63,478 nucleotides of DNA, from assembly GCA_034780895.1 (NCBI GenBank), contig JAUZTB010000068.1:21974019-22037496 (forward strand). Reading direction: 5' to 3'. The notes under the pieces are model-generated. The model ran no database searches. It was given only the letters and a program-made list of their open reading frames with translations, and had not been told where the DNA came from. Positions 25,371-40,896 of this stretch are shown here, one piece after another. Each line of letters opens with the position of its first letter. Within the stretch, counting starts at the first letter, position 1. This DNA is from Rhynchobatus australiae (lineage: Eukaryota). Both the position numbers and the translations under genes were made by a program.

Positions 25371-27829
25371 TGTTTAAGTGGTGCATTGAGGAAGCAAGCC
25401 TGTTTCTTAAAGCACTGTATAAACTTAATAATGTTTTGGGTTTTTGTGTAGATGTGTGCATTTGGTGAACTTGAAGCATGTACAGTATTTATGAATCCAA
25501 GGTGGCTGTTATCTTAGTTGGTGTGTTTTGATCAAAAAATGCTTTTGCATTGTAATTTTAAGTTTAAACACAGCAGGGTCTCCCATTTGGTAATCTGTCC
25601 TTTTTTGTATTTATGCTACAACATTAAGAGAAGTGAAGTTTGTTTGGAAGCTGATTTGATAAGGTGAATAACTAACTTTATGGGAATGGCCCACACGCTG
25701 TATGCTGTCACATAGTTGGCACTGAGCAGTCAGTTTAGGTTAGTACGTGGGGGGTGAAGATGGTAAATAGTGAACAGTGTTCTTGGGTTGGTGATGCTTT
25801 TGAAACTATTGGCACCACCAACCTGAGAATTGGTTGATAGGAGGTGCCTAAAACTAGCATTCATTTTTGAGTATGCTCTTTAAAAATGACATTGGTTTAC
25901 TGCCTTGAAAACTTGGTTTATTGGTATTGTTCTGAGGATGTCATTCTGCTCTCTTCCTGATTAATCTATCAGTACATGTTATAATTTGACATTGAAATTT
26001 ATTCCCAATTTTAGCTCTACAGTTTTGGCCTCCACTTTTGATGTTTTGATTTCTCAGTTTCTTGTTCAAAAATGTCAGAATTTGCTTCTCTGGTCTTCTA
26101 TGTTTGCCTTTTACTTTAAAGCTGATCTCTCATAATCCATTTTGTAACTGGGTACAGGACATTGCTTTATCTGTTTAATCTTGATGTCTCAGAATTGACA
26201 GTTTGCTTTATAAGTGCTTGATTTTTGTTTTCCTTTGCTAGCATTGACTGTTTAGTGACATGTTTGTTTCTTCTGTGCCCCATGACTTTTTGTTATCTTT
26301 ATATTTGACTGTATTATGAATTTATGCTTGACGACAACAACAATGAATATTTTTGTCCTAGATTTTAATTTCCCCTGGGTGGAATATTCTAAGCCATATT
26401 TCAGTAAAGTGTCCAATAAATCACTTCAAGCATTCATAGTTTTAAATGCAAATAATTGCTATTGCTTACAATCTTATTCAGTTAGAAGCATTATAAATTG
26501 TTTTGCTAACATGTAGGCTTAGTGAAAAGAGGGAAGTAGAGAATAAAAATAGATTTATAACTGGAGTAAAGCCCCCTAATTGTATACTCATTCCATTGTG
26601 ATGGTGTTATCTTAAAAATCCATTTTTCTGGCCTTTCGTTTTGAGATTTGTTCATTTGTGTAGCCTTGTCTCAGGACATCAATAAGTGCTTTACAACCAA
26701 CTTTGAGCACATGAAACAAGGAATCAAATATTTGCTAAAGTTGGATTTTCTTTCAGTTGGAGTTGCATACTTCGAGCTTTAAAGATGGACTAGCTAGTCT
26801 TGGCAATTTGTCAATAGATTTTTAAAGGCAGCATACTTAATGTTATGGAATTGGAATTTAAGTAATGAATGCTTTACAGATATGAGTAAATTCAGTCATT
26901 AACTTGTCAGTATTTTTAATCCCTATGTTGCTGCATCAAGGCCTTTAAAATGGCAACTTTTTAATGTTTAAAACATTGTTCAAATCCCATTAAAATGTTA
27001 AACAGTTCTAACATAATTTATCTGTTTAAAAAAAAATGAAGAACTGTCTTCAAGAAAAATGAAGGCAATCTTGCCTCTCGTTGGGGAGTTCTGAGTTGAC
27101 ATCTAAAGTTTTGGTAGATTTAATTTAAATTTACAAAGATTTGAAATAACTAAAGCAACTGGCAACAGTGGTCTTGTAACAAACTAGAAAAAATACTCCA
27201 GATTTTACCTTATTGAACGCTTTCAAAAGAACAGATTCCAGTTTTTTGAGAAAATGGGTGCAAAATAAAGCAGTTTCTTGTGGAAAGAGTTTCATAAGCA
27301 ATATACTCTGTGTTTAAAAAAAATAGTTGTACCACCATCTTTGCGTTCATGTTTTTTAAAAAAACAATTTAATCAGTCCTTTAGAAAGAGTTCTAGGATG
27401 AATCCTGGAACATTTTTCTAGTTGGTTACAAGACCATTGTGTTCCCAGTTGTTTTGGTTATTTCACTGTTTTAATTTTGTCTACTTTTTTTGTGGAACTC
27501 TTCCTTATCGGCAATTTCTGCTGTCATGGAAATGAAAGCAACATTTGAAATGAGATTGTTTATGTATGTATCAATTATAATGAAGTGTTGCAATGCTACA
27601 ATGGAACCAAAGCCAGCTAAGGGTTCTTGAAAGGAAACTTCAATGAGAATTTTTTAGGTGTCCTCCTTGGCGAAGGAGAAATAAGGGGTAAGGAAGTAAG
27701 AGGCACTAAATATCACAACTTTCAATATTGAAGATGTCACTGTAGCTGCAGTATATAACTATGAAATGTACTGCACTTGCCCACATCCTGTGAATGATAG
27801 AAAAATGCATACTTCATGCTGGATGCTGG

Positions 27830-28250
27830 AAAATAGGACAGCACAGCAAGAGGCCCTTTGGCCCACAATGTCTGTGCTGACTATGATAGCAAATGAATCT
27901 AATTTTATATGCCTGCACATGATCAAAATCCCTCCGTTCCCTTCATGTTCGTGTGTCTGTCTGAATGCCACTATCACATCAGCCCTGGCACCTACCACTC
28001 TGTATAAAAACAATTTTACCCCTCTTACCTTGAATGTATGCCCTCTAGTATTTGACATTTCTACGCTGGTGGAAGAGACTCCTCTACTAGCTTATTCGTG
28101 CCTCTCATATAATTTTGTAAACTTCTATCTGATCTCTGCCTTTGCTCCAAAGAAATGAATCCACTTGTCCACCCTCATTATTAGCTAATACTTTCTAATC
28201 CAGGCATCCTGGTGAACCTCCTGCACCTTCTCTAAAGCCTCCACATCCTT
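27830..28250 (-). mobile_element. CR1-like LINE 3' fragment
   Basis: Minus ORFs KDVEALEKVQ and SNTRGHTFKVRG...RVVGA. Confidence 0.8.
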
Positions 28251-31200
28251 AATGGGGTTAACTTCCCTGATTTTCTTTTTTAAAAAAATGTAACATCGAC
28301 AGAATTCAGCTTTTGCTCTTAAGTGTGCATTTTCTGCTCCCACTGCTATCTGATTTAAATCATAAATGGTCATCTAAAGAGAGAAATGTTCTTTGTACAA
28401 TCTTTTGTGTGTCTGCATGCTGCTAGTGCACAGTCTTCTCCTAGCTGCATACTTCCTGACTTGGAAGTATAATTGCCATCCCTTCATCTTTGCTGGATTT
28501 AAACCTTGAATTTCCTAACCAACCACTGGATGCACCCTTGAGGTCTACACCAGTTGATGAACTTGCTGTTTGGAAAAGAGTCTTCCCAGTCAGAATAGGA
28601 AGTAGGCATACATTTGAGTGAAAAATAAGCTTTTGAACATTGTGCAGAAGTGGGAATAACCTAAACTCCTCTAATTTTAAGGCTCCTTGGAAATGTGCGT
28701 AACTGGGGATTTTTATGTTAACTTCCAAAGATAATGTTTAAAGGAAGTATTGGTATAAGCATCTGAAATACTGTTAGAAAGTTGAAACAAATTTAAATAT
28801 TTGACTATTATTATAGTGGTAATTTATTTGCTCAATGCAAACTTTGTTTTTGGTTCAATTCAGTTAAACTAATTCAAGAACACTTGCAGCTAAAAGTCTA
28901 GAAGCAAATTTGGTGGTGCAAAGCAGTTTTCAAGTTGTACTCAACTATATCAAACTCATTTCTTGTTACGTTGAAAACATGAGCTGAGAAGACGAGGTGC
29001 TTTCTACCTGCTCAGTGGGAAGATGTGACACAAGTTATTCATTTCCTGCCTTTGCATGTACTTGAATATTGTTCTAAAACTAACAATAAAGGAAAGTTAG
29101 AGTTTGAAATTGAATTTAATTTTGAGGATGGCCAATTAATGTTGTTATAAAGTTAGGTATTTTGAACTTAAATTAAGGAGTTGTATGCAAACACNNNNNN
29201 NNNNNNNNNNNNNNNNNNNNNNNNNNNNNNNNNNNNNNNNNNNNNNNNNNNNNNNNNNNNNNNNNNNNNNNNNNNNNNNNNNNNNNNNNNNNNNAACACT
29301 GCATATTGGAATCGATGTAGTGTTTCACCAGGAGCTCAAAATGTTGACCATATTGCCCAGTCAAGTTTGACCTGATCTCATTCACTAGTGTTGGGTGGAT
29401 GTGAAAACAAAATAAAGTTGAATTACAAGATGAAACAAAGGCTATCAGAAATAGCAAAACTGCAGATGGAAATCCAAAAGAAAAACTGAAAATCAAGAAC
29501 AGCAAGTTGGGTAGCAGTGAAATAATTGCAGATGTAAATGCTTCAAATGGCAGGGATTAAGATTCAATAACTTGGTCATGCAAAAGGTTAGGATTAATGA
29601 TTGGGATGTTGAAGGAAGAATGAGTATCAAGTAACAATTAAGAAATGCAGACCTCCAAGTGCTTCCACTATACAGTTGGTTAGGGAATTTTGGTATTTAA
29701 CCCCAGCAACAATGAAGGGGATGGCTATTATATTTCCAAGTTGGAATGGTATGTGGTTTGGGGACTCTGCAAGTGATGTTCCTATGTGTTTACTGCCATT
29801 GTTCTCAATAAATGTCATGGATTTTGAGGATGGTGCACATGGCAGCTGATCTGGTGATGAATGGAGGAGTGTCATTCCAGCAAACTGCTTGTCCTGATTG
29901 GTGTTGTTTTTGTTAGAGCTACAATCAATCACTGACCTAATTGTAGAAGGGTGGTCACTGATAAGTGCTGTAGATGGTTGGCTATAGGGCTGCCATGAGG
30001 AACACTTGCCTTTTCATATTTTCCCATGATGCTCATTGATTTCAGTTTATGCATGCTTGGGCCAAGGCTGGAGCTGAGTGGTCTTAGCAAAACAAAGACT
30101 GGGTCTTTGAAGTTATTGCTAGTGCTGTTTCACATGTTGACTTGGAAGTAATGACCACATTATATTTGTCTGGGTTTGGTCACAGAACATTATGCAATCT
30201 GGAGTGCAAGCCATCAATATTGCAGGTATAATGCGGATGTCCCAGAGCCATTATCCAGTGCTCTCAGCTGTTTGAGGCGACATAGAATCAAATTGGCTGA
30301 AGGCAGGGTTCTGTGATGGGGATACCAAGAGAAAGTTGAGTTGGATTATCTACCTGGTACTTGTGGCTGAATGTGGTTGCTTCCATATTATCCTCTGCAT
30401 TTCTCCAACCACTGAGGATGGTATATTTTTGAAGCTGCTTGCCATTCGTAACTGGGAAATGGCAGGAACTGAGTTTTGATCTGATCTGTTGATGTAGCCT
30501 TGCTTGGCTTGGTATACCTGGTGCTAATCTTGGCATGCCCTTTTGAATGAGGTCTGACCACCACTCCCCACCCCCAAAACAAAAACTTATGATTGTAATC
30601 ATGTAGCTTGGCAAATGCTTGACTGATACAATTTTGGATTTGTCACACTACTGAAAGTCCACGAGATCTTGTGGATGCCCAGTTTTGAGCTGCCAGATCT
30701 GTTTTGAGTTTAAAAACAAAACAGTGGAGGTGCTGTACATGTGAAGAAAATAAGAATTTATTGGAGATGCTCAACAGCTAGGCAGCATCTGTGGAGAGAA
30801 ATGATTGTTTCCCATTTCTGACAAAGTGCTTCAACCTGAAATATTACTTGTTTCTCTCTGCAAAGGTGCTAGTGGACTTGAGTGTTTCTGGTATTTTCTG
30901 TTGTCATTGGTGTTTGTTTTTGATCCTCTTGGCATCTTTGTAAAGATGGCACTTCAAGGTCTGTGCAATAGTCACTTCTACCAATACTGCCATGGACAGA
31001 TGCATTTGCCATAGATAATGTGGTTGTGTGGTTTTTTGTCCCCCTCATTGATTCACTACCTGCCACAGACTCAGTGGCAGTCATGTCTGTAGAAGGAGAT
31101 TAGGAGGAAACTTGCTTGCCCATGACCTGATGCCACGAGACTTCATTGGTTCCAGAGATTATGTTGAGGATTCCCTGAGTGAGTTATTCTTCTTTTCCCC

Positions 31201-31830
31201 ACTACTGCCTCGTCTGGTAGCCTTGTCTTATTGGGGCTGTGGAATTGTGGAAGAGTTTGGTGCATTGTAAGCTATGTTTGTCAGGTGGTTGCTTCACTAC
31301 TGTGAAATGATTCTCCTAGTTTAGACACCAATCTGCAGATGTTTGTGAGGACATTTTTTTGTAAGGTGGACTAGGCTATCCAAGCTTGGGACCCAGGTCC
31401 ATGCCAGGTGGTCCACCAAGTTCTATTCAGCTTTAATGTATCACTTGGTGGTGCATCAGTTCAATGATATGTTGCAGGGTCAGACTTATTTTAATGCCAG
31501 TTCTGGGAAGGACATGAGTGAATCTGTCAACACTACCAAGACTAGATTTTATTTAAAAAAAATCTTGACAGCTGCTGTGAGTCACTTGGAGCCCTCTTCT
31601 CATTTCAGACCAAATATCTGGGTTACTAGTCTGGTAGATTTGCAATTGTCTTGTTTTAATTTGCCATTAAAAGAACATGTGCTAGGTTCACTTTTTTAAA
31701 TGTGCAGCATACGCTTGTGTATATGTTGCATTTATGATCTTAGATTTTTTAATAAAAATTTGGTCTTCAGACATGTAGTTATAATTTGCATTTATTTTTC
31801 CTCACATTCACTTTCCTATTGAAATTTCAG

Positions 31831-31974
31831 AACAAATATTTCAGAACATCAAACAAGAATATAGCCGTTTCCAATGGAGGCGACAGTTAGAAGGAAGCTT
31901 TAATCAAAGTGAAACAAACTGTTCTGCTGAGGGATCATCTAACAATTTGTTACTAAATGCACCAACTTCACCAG
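31831..31974 (+). CDS. akirin1: Akirin coding exon 2
   Basis: Acceptor tttcag|AA and donor CAG|GTAAGC; 144 nt, phase 1-1. Reads (E)QIFQNIKQEYSRFQWRRQLEGSFNQSE...APTSP(G); EQIFQNIKQEYSR is the AKIRIN1-type sequence. Missed by the ORF track. Confidence 0.93.
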
Positions 31975-34900
31975 GTAAGCAAGATTTCCAAAATATTTTA
32001 ATCTTCAGTATTTTTTTAGCCNNNNNNNNNNAAGGATGAAGAATCACTTGATTTGCCTCCCATTAAACCTCTGGTTAATGGGAATAAAAAGTAGACAGTT
32101 TCTGATGTTTCAGACTGAGTGTATATTCAGTAAATGACAAACCTAAAATGATTACTGTTTAGGGCAAATGTTTCAAATAATACATTCTAAGAAGCAAAAC
32201 AAAGGCATGCTGTAGGCTCTATGTTTCTGTGTTTTGGGGCTAGGCTTGTAACTTGGACACACCGACCCTGTTTTATGAATATCTTTTTGCATTATTTTAA
32301 ATGGAAGACTTTATAGTGAATTTTGTTTGGTGAATGGTTGCATGAGGTGGGGTTATTGATGAGTGGCAGCAAAAATTCAGAAGTGCTTAAATTTTCCATG
32401 ACTGGAGAAGGTGGTGACTTAACATTCTTCTGTCACAGCTGAAGGTTAAAGGGCAAAAAATTAACCAGAACGACATCCCAGAATTTAAAAAAAAACTATC
32501 ACATCGAGCTATTGTACTTTGTCAGTTTTACATTTTGGAACTTTGAATTGAGAAGGGTCCATTGTGTCCAGTAGTGATTTTAAACTTAAGATGTATTAAT
32601 TGCAGGAAAAGATAGAATCATCCAACGGTTAAGAGCAATCTGCAAAATTGTTTTTTTTTTCATTAACGTAAGAGCAATATACTTGTCTTTAATGCATTGC
32701 TATAGTTATAGAATGAAGGCAATCTGGGCAGGATTGGGGGCACAGGTTGCTGAGGGAAAGAAAATAAGATGGGATATGTTGAATTTGATATCTGATGCTG
32801 GTTTATTGCAAACCACATCCAGGAGGATATTGTCTCACTTCATAAAATTGTTTTCACCCAAGACCATAGGCCCACTGTGCCTTTGCCACTTTTTTTGTTG
32901 CAATCCAGTAACTCATTTCTCCCATCTTTTTGCTCATCCCTTAAGGTTTAATTCTCCAAATATTGATCCAATTTCACTTTGGCTACAATGGAATCTGTAT
33001 CTGCCATACTGTGTTTTAGATCATATGTATTCAGTCACTTAAGTACATATCTACTAGTACTTTACTTTTTTACCAGTTATTTTTATCTACATCCCTTGGT
33101 CATCAAGTCCTTTTCTATTAAAATCACATTCCTTAGATTACCTTATTAAAGGCCTTTGAGTTTTGTACACTGTCAAATGTACTGTATCAATTATGTTCCT
33201 CATCATTAGAGTGCTATTAAAACTTTTCTACTTCCTCTTTAAGGCTTTCACATCTTCTGCAAAATGTGTTGACTTGAATTGGATGCAATATTTAAATTAT
33301 GGCTCCATTTATAAAACCTAATGTCCTATAATTTATTTGGTCTTTCTTGCCACCTTCAGAACACTTGTTTGTATCTACATGATGTGTTTCTTTACTNNNN
33401 NNNNNNNNNNNNNNNNNNNNNNNNNNNNNNNNNNNNNNNNNNNNNNNNNNNNNNNNNNNNNNNNNNNNNNNNNNNNNNNNNNNNNNNNNNNNNNNNNNNN
33501 NNNNNNNNNNNNNNNNNTTTTTGAATAAGGATTTTTTTCCCCAATCTTCAAGTACCACTTCTGTTACAGGTGGGATTGGGGGATTATGGTCGACCCTTCT
33601 GTGGTGTCTACTGCCACTTGATTGCCCAGACTGGTTGCACCCAGGGCTACGTATCATCTGTTTTAAAGCACAGCCAGCTGCCTTGATGTTTGACCCATCT
33701 ATTATCTCAGCTTTCCCTTTTTACTGTTTGTTTGTGGCAACAACCACCACTTGATCATGACATACAGATAATTTGTATACTTCAGCCATGACCTTTGCAT
33801 CCATTGCAAAAACTGACTTTTTGGTCAATTCTCTCCCCTTATGCTCACAGACTGTGTTACCCTCTGTTAGTTTCAAGTCTATTTCTTAGTCATTGTCGTC
33901 TTTTTACTTTTATTTTGTCTGGCTATTGTATGTTATCCATTTGATGTATCATTTGGCATGTTTCTGTCCTACATCTCAGTGGTTTCCAAAATTCCTTGCA
34001 GAAGTCACTTCATTTTGAGAGTACATATGGGGCACAAAGTANNNNNNNNNNNNNNNNNNNNNNNNNNNNNNNNNNNNNNNNNNNNNNNNNNNNNNNNNNN
34101 NNNNNNNNNNNNNNNNNNNNNNNNNNNNNNNNNNNNNNNNNNNNNNNNNNNNNNNNNNNNNNNNNNNNNNNNNNNNNNNNNNNNNNNNNNNNNNNNNNNN
34201 NNNNNNNNNNNNNNNNNNNNNNNNNNNNNNNNNNNNNNNNNNNNNNNNNNNNNNNNNNNATGAACAAGTTCTAAACACAAAACTTGCAGGCAAGAGCGTC
34301 ACAAAAATAATTAATCACCTAGAGAGCTAAAAGGATATATCCAAAAGAGATGGGGGGAGGGGGGGAATGTAACCATGAAAATAGTGTCAGACACAAGTTG
34401 CAGTGACCATCTTTGTTGGCATGCTGTATTCACAGGCTTTTGTGCTATGTCAGCTGTTACTGCTGGGCGTGGGGGAGAGCTGTGAAACAGGCTTCAGTAT
34501 TTTGACTGTCCTTTCTAGTTGTAGCTATCTGTCATCAGATCATCCATTGAAATCTACAATTCTGGCAATATTTTACAATTCAATATTAAAAATTCTATTG
34601 GGAACTTCAATCCCTGCTTCTCTTTCCTGACTATTGTGCTTGCTATTCTCCACATTCATTTTGAGAATTTTTTTTTTAAACCTCAAATATTTTGAGTGGG
34701 TCTTTGAATGTTTATGGTAAAGATTTTTTCATTTAGCTGTGAGATGGAATGTTCCACTTTATACCAGACTTGCTGCCAGGGTAAATTGTCTGTAGAAATC
34801 AAAGTACATAAACTTTTGTGAGAAATGGTTCTTGATTTGTACTGAAGAACCCTACTTTTAATACATAGAGTACCCCTTCAGCATACAAAGAGGAACTCTC

Positions 34901-35289
34901 ACCTTGTTGGTGACATTGAAGTAATTATTCAATTAATTCCACTCCCTTACAGTCTCCTTTTTAGTCCTGCAAATTTAGTATACAGTTAATTGAGAGCAGT
35001 AAAGATTTCCTGCTTTCAGTTAAAATCTCTAAGGTCTTTTCTCTAATGCTCTTCCCTTGCCTCTTCCTGTTAATTGTTAACATACAGTATTCAGACAATG
35101 CGATTTCAAAGGCAATAGAGACAATTTGACTTTGAGAAGTGTGTGATTAATCTAGTGTTGAAAATCGGCATATACTATATTGTGGGGGAAAGAGGGGGAG
35201 CTCAAAGCTGTGGGTTGTTTAGATTTTTTTTTAAGTTGGTGCTTGATGGTTCCACAGCAGGGCTACATGGGGGGGAAAATAATCCAAGG

Positions 35290-36815
35290 ACTTCCTGACT
35301 ATGCTGCCACTTTCAGGGAACAATGAACTTGCACTCCAGGATCCTTCCATACATCAATGCTTCTAAAGGTCCTCCTGCCATTTAAAATATACTTTCCTCT
35401 TGTATTTGACCTCCTAAAGTACAGCACCTCACATTTGTCTGGATTAAACTCCATCTGCCCTTTCTCTTCCCACACTTCGAGCTGGTCTGTATCCTGAATT
35501 CTTGGACAACCTTCCTCACTATCCACAACTCCTCTAATTTTTGTCACCTGCAAGTTGCTAATCGGCCCACCTTCATTTTTGTCCAAATCAATTGTATAAA
35601 TCGCAAACAAGAGGTCCATGTACTGATCCTTGAGGAACACCACTGGTCATAGACCTTCAGTCACAATAACACCCCTCCACTGCTACCCTCTCTCTTCTAT
35701 GGCCAAGTGAATTTTGAATCCAATCTATAAAATCTCCATGGTCCCATATGCCTTGATCTTCTGGATTAGCCTACCATGAGGGACTTCATTGAAAGCTTTC
35801 CTGTATGATGCACCCATGTATGATGCACCCACTGTCCAACTCTCATTAATTATCTTTACCTCAAAATAAAACCAGCTTGGGTTTAAGACATGACATTCCC
35901 ATGCTGACTATCCCTAATAAGTCAATGCTTTTCTAGATGTGAGTAAATCCTATCCCAATGAATCTTTAATTTCCCTACCATTGATGGAGGGCTCACTGGC
36001 CTATAATTTTCTGGTTTGTCTTTATTGCTCTTAAACAGAGGAACAACATTGGCTATTCTCCAATCCTTTGGGACCTTGCCTGTGGCTAAAGAAGATACAA
36101 AGATCTTTGTCAAAGCCTTTCTCATTAACCTGGATAGATCCATCAGGTCTTGGGGACTTACCTACCTTAATGTTCTTCAAGAGTCCCAGCATGGTGGGAT
36201 GCTGGGACTCTTGATGTCCGTCATATCAACATGTCCTCATATCATTATACCCCTCCCTGATCTGCTATCTTCCATGTCCTTCTCAATAAATACTGATACA
36301 GAGTACTCATTTAGTACCTCCAGAGTCCTTCTGGTTCCAGGCATAAATTCCCTCCTTTATCTTTGTGGTCCTACCCTGTCCATAGTTAACCTTATTTTTA
36401 ACGCATCTATAAAATACCTAGGAATTCTTTAATCCTCGTCACCCAGGATGTTTCATAGACCCCTTTAGTCCTCCTGATTCTGTTTAAGTTCTTTGTTTTC
36501 TTATTTCACAATGGTCCTGTTGCCTATGTTTTTTCTTTGACTAAATTTGCAACATCTCTTGTTATCCAAGATTGAACCTTGTCTTCCTCACAGGAGCACA
36601 TTGGTCCTGAATTCTGACCAGCTGGCCTTTAAACAACTCACCTCAGATGTGGACTTGCCCAATAACAGCTACTCCAACCTACATTCTCCAGCTTCTGTTT
36701 AATATTGTTGAATTGAGCCTTTTCCCAACTTGGCACTTTCCCTTGAGATCCCGTGTAATCCTTATTCATAACTCTCTCAAAAGTTATGGAGTTGTGATCA
36801 TTGTTCCCAACATGC
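35290..36815 (-). mobile_element. CR1-like LINE ORF2 (endonuclease end plus reverse transcriptase), degenerate
   Basis: Minus ORFs GEHVGNNDHNSI, SSLATGKVPKDWRIANVVPLFK...ENYRPVS and QMEFNPDKCEVLYF. Frameshifted; includes a 15-bp tandem duplication at 35802-35831. Confidence 0.9.
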
Positions 36816-37115
36816 TCTCCCAAAGGCAACTTTGTACAGTGATCATTCTTTGCCCTCCAGCTTGGGAGGGGAAGAAGAGAAACTACTTAATGTTGATCCT
36901 TGTGTAAAATGGCTTGATGAATATTTAAAAACCTGTTTTTAGTGAAATTTAAACTTTTTTTAAGAGATGTATAATGAAAAGCTCTTTACAAACTAATTTT
37001 TCATTGATCATAATACAGATGAGTGTGTATAGTAAACTTTGTAACATTCTCAACTGAATCAAATCCAAGTGATTAAAACATTCTTTAGACTGTCAGAATT
37101 GAGCTGAATTTTTAA

Positions 37116-37238
<123 letters not shown>

Positions 37239-38648
37239 TAAAAATTTTTCAGAAGATGTGGAAGTAAAGAGTAATTAGACTTGATCATACTCCACAAATA
37301 ATGTGACTGGCCATTGTGGATTCATTTTTGCCATTCAATACTCTTTCCCAAATGGAAAGTTTCAAAGCAATTTAAAACCTTTTCCTGAGCAGCAGTATTC
37401 GAGCTAGCTCTAAACAATTTTGTAGACTACTGATTTATCCGTTTGTGCAGTTTGAGCAAAAATGAATTCTGACTTTATTGAAATTTATGGAGGTGTTGCA
37501 CTGGGAGGGCAACTCTAGTTAAACACCACCAAAAGTAAAATTTCTGTTAATAGTCTATCATTGTTTGGGGTGTGAAATTGTTGCCTCTCAAGCACTCTAG
37601 TCCTTATGACTGCCATGCTATAAAATGGAGTTGCGTAGTGAACATATTTTAAAAAAAGAGTAGCATTAGGCTATTTGAGCCTGCTCTACTGTTCAGGTTT
37701 GTGGCTGATTTTCTCCTTCATGCCACTTTCCTGCAGTATACTCATGCCCTTTGGAGTTTTGTGATTTTTGTTTTTTGTTTAAAGATGATCATTCTTTGTT
37801 TTGAATGAACTTCATGACTGAACCTCCTCTGCCTCAAGGTAGAAAATTCTAAAGATTCATCACCCTCTGTGTGAAGAACTGTCTTGTCTTGGTGCTGAAT
37901 GGGCTACTTATTCTGACAATTACCACAGTCGATGGAAGACTTTTCCTTCAGGATAGGGTATTCCTTGGTTGTTGAGTTGCTCACCTTTACAAGGTGAGAT
38001 TTATTGGGAGTTGCTGAAGATTGGGTGAGTTGCTGAGCATATTATGCAAATGTATATATTTGCCAGGGATAGGTGTTCAAGCTGGAAGCTGAATTGCCTA
38101 GTCAGAATTTTTCCTGGATTACAGCAAATTGCTTGAGTTTCTTGCTGCTGTACCTTCCTCAAAGTGGAGAAAATTTCTTCATGCTAATTGGCATATACTT
38201 TGAGCCACTTGGCTTCTGACATTTTGGTCTGCAGCATTAAAATAGTTGCTGGAGTTGAGTTCCTGCATGGTGATCACCTGGATATTGATGCTGAGCTCAT
38301 TGAATGCTGTGAAAAGGTGGTTAACTTATTCCTTTTTGATCATTGGCACTTGTTCATTAGCCCAGGTATGTTGGTATGAGCTGCTTTATTTAAGGATGGC
38401 TGAATGAAGTGTGATATTGTAGTCATTAACAAACCACTGCAATTTTGAGCTTTTATAGTCTAGAATTAGTAGTTCAACCTTTAGTTCAGCTTTATTTTCC
38501 ATTTACTGGAGTAGTTTCCCCCAAATTGTTGATTTCTGCTTTTAACTCCAAATTCTGGTTGATAACAAGTACAATCACTTTCACCTTGCAACTTTTTGTT
38601 TTTTCATGTGTTACGGACTAGGACTGTTAGTGAGTGTCCCTTTTAGAT

Positions 38649-38662
38649 TGTGTGTGTGTGTG
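38649..38662. repeat. (TG)n microsatellite running into a gap
   Basis: tgtgtgtgtgtgtg immediately before a 100-N gap. Confidence 0.7.
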
Positions 38663-40896
38663 NNNNNNNNNNNNNNNNNNNNNNNNNNNNNNNNNNNNNN
38701 NNNNNNNNNNNNNNNNNNNNNNNNNNNNNNNNNNNNNNNNNNNNNNNNNNNNNNNNNNNNNNTTCTTCATCTTCTGTTGACGTAAGCCACTCACTCACTC
38801 ACTCCATAACACATGTCTGACTAAATAATGAAGAATTATCCTAGTGAAGTCTACCTGATGAGAGTTGGAAGTTTGAACAGGTGGTATACTTTACAGCCTT
38901 TATAGGTGGTATAGAAGTACTGTTGAGGACTTCTATAATTGGGAATAGGGCAGAATTTGGATTTGTTTTTGTTGTAGGCTGGACATGCCCTTGTAGTTCT
39001 CTGTATTCTTTGCCAGTTATCTAGGATTGTCTGCACTTGAACATCTTGGCTAGGTGTGGTGAGTTCTGGACCTTGATTGTTGTTGTAACCTATAGTTCTG
39101 CTGTGCACTGTAATCCATTTATTGTGGGATTGCTTGATTCATTGTCATCAGCTTATCTTTAACATGTTTTTTTTATTCTGTTTATCACAGGTCAACTTTG
39201 ATTGTCCATCCTTAATTTTTCCTCAGGGTGATGATGGCCTTTGCCATGAACTTGTATAATAGTGGGAGAGAACTCTCCCAAGTCCAGTCCTAATGAATGA
39301 GTTTTTTTCCATTAAAGCTTGACTGATGTGATTTTAAAGTGGAGGTTGTAGGTGATGTTGCCCTTGTACTCTTGTTTCCCTTGCTCTGCTAGGAAAGGTA
39401 GCTTTGGGTTTTGGGAGGTGTCACAGAAGTAAAGCACCTTGGACACTGCCACCACACTTCACAATGGTGGTGAAAGTACAAGATGGAAGATTAACTAGGT
39501 TCCAGTTGTACAGTTTGTCCTGTATCTCAAAGAGAAAGCAGAGGATGGCCTTTGAAGCTGAATTTGATGAGTAGCCATTTAAGGGGTGTTGAGCCAAAGA
39601 ATATTTGAAGGTTGACCAAAAGCTGGGAGGGCTACACTTTGGGTGGTTTAGCCCTTTGTTTAAATGGGTGAGGTAGTTGAAAATCTTCATTTTGACAGGA
39701 AGTTGGAGAGGCAGACAATTTAAAGATGAATCAAAAGTGTGGATCTACTTGCTAAATTAATGGCCATCAGAAATTGAATAAATGAATAGAAAGCTGAGTT
39801 TTTGGGCAATACAAAGTACTGGAAGAACTCTGATCAGGCAGCATCTGTGGACGGAAATACTCTGATAATGCTCTGAGGATTTAGGGCTGGAGTTGGTGAG
39901 AGGTTGTGGGACAAGACTGTCGTAGAGAATTTAAATTGGGGGTTTTAGAAACTAGGTAATAAGTTGAGATCTGGAGTAATGGATTAGTAAAACTTTTCAA
40001 TATTTAAGTACTAATTTGCTCAAGGTAGTGAATGGGAAGTCAGCAAGGTGAGCTTAAAATGTCACCTAAGAAAATATTAATGCTTGAAATACAAAAGTAG
40101 AAAAATGCAGTAAATTTTCAGAGCATCACACAGCTTCTGTAGAGTTGATATTGTGGTCCTCGGTATTTCAGATTGTCACCTGTTTATGCCTCTGGTCAAG
40201 CCATTGCATCCCTCTTTTCATCTGGCAGCACCACCATGACTTGTCTTTTAGCATGGTTGGGGNNNNNNNNNNGGGAGAAAGAGCGGGGACCCAAACTTAA
40301 ATTGTAGCTTCTGTTTTGAAGAAACATTCTGTTTCTCTTTCTTTCCATTATAGTAGTCGTGCACGGAGCCAATGCATATGAGTGGATATTTCAGTATCTG
40401 GGAAGCATTGTAGAGGTAGTTTTGATGCCAGCATCCCAGAACTAAATCTTTTGAAACAAACCTCCACAAATGTAAATGTAGCTCCCACCAGACTTCTGCA
40501 GACTGAGGTGGGCTGCTAGTCATTCCTGACCTTTGATCCTCAAGTGGAATGCATTTATTCGGTCTGGTTACCATATTGCCTGTGATTTTCATGAATGAGT
40601 GGTTGTGATAATGGTATTATCTTGATTTGCAGTGAGCCTAATTGTGGGGTTCTGTGCTGTGTGCTTGCCTACAGCTCCCTCTGATTAAACTGTCAGTAGT
40701 CTTCATCCACAGCTTCTGCATAAAGGAAGACTGGCTGTTTTGAAGTACTGGAAAGCAGCTGGCATATATTGGACCAGCCCTGTATAAATTATTACAATCA
40801 AGTGATGAGCTAAGAGGGAAATAGTCCCCTTTTCCTTGAGCATAACTTGCAATGAAATGGATTGAGCCAAAAAGTTACATGATTAGTGCAATATTA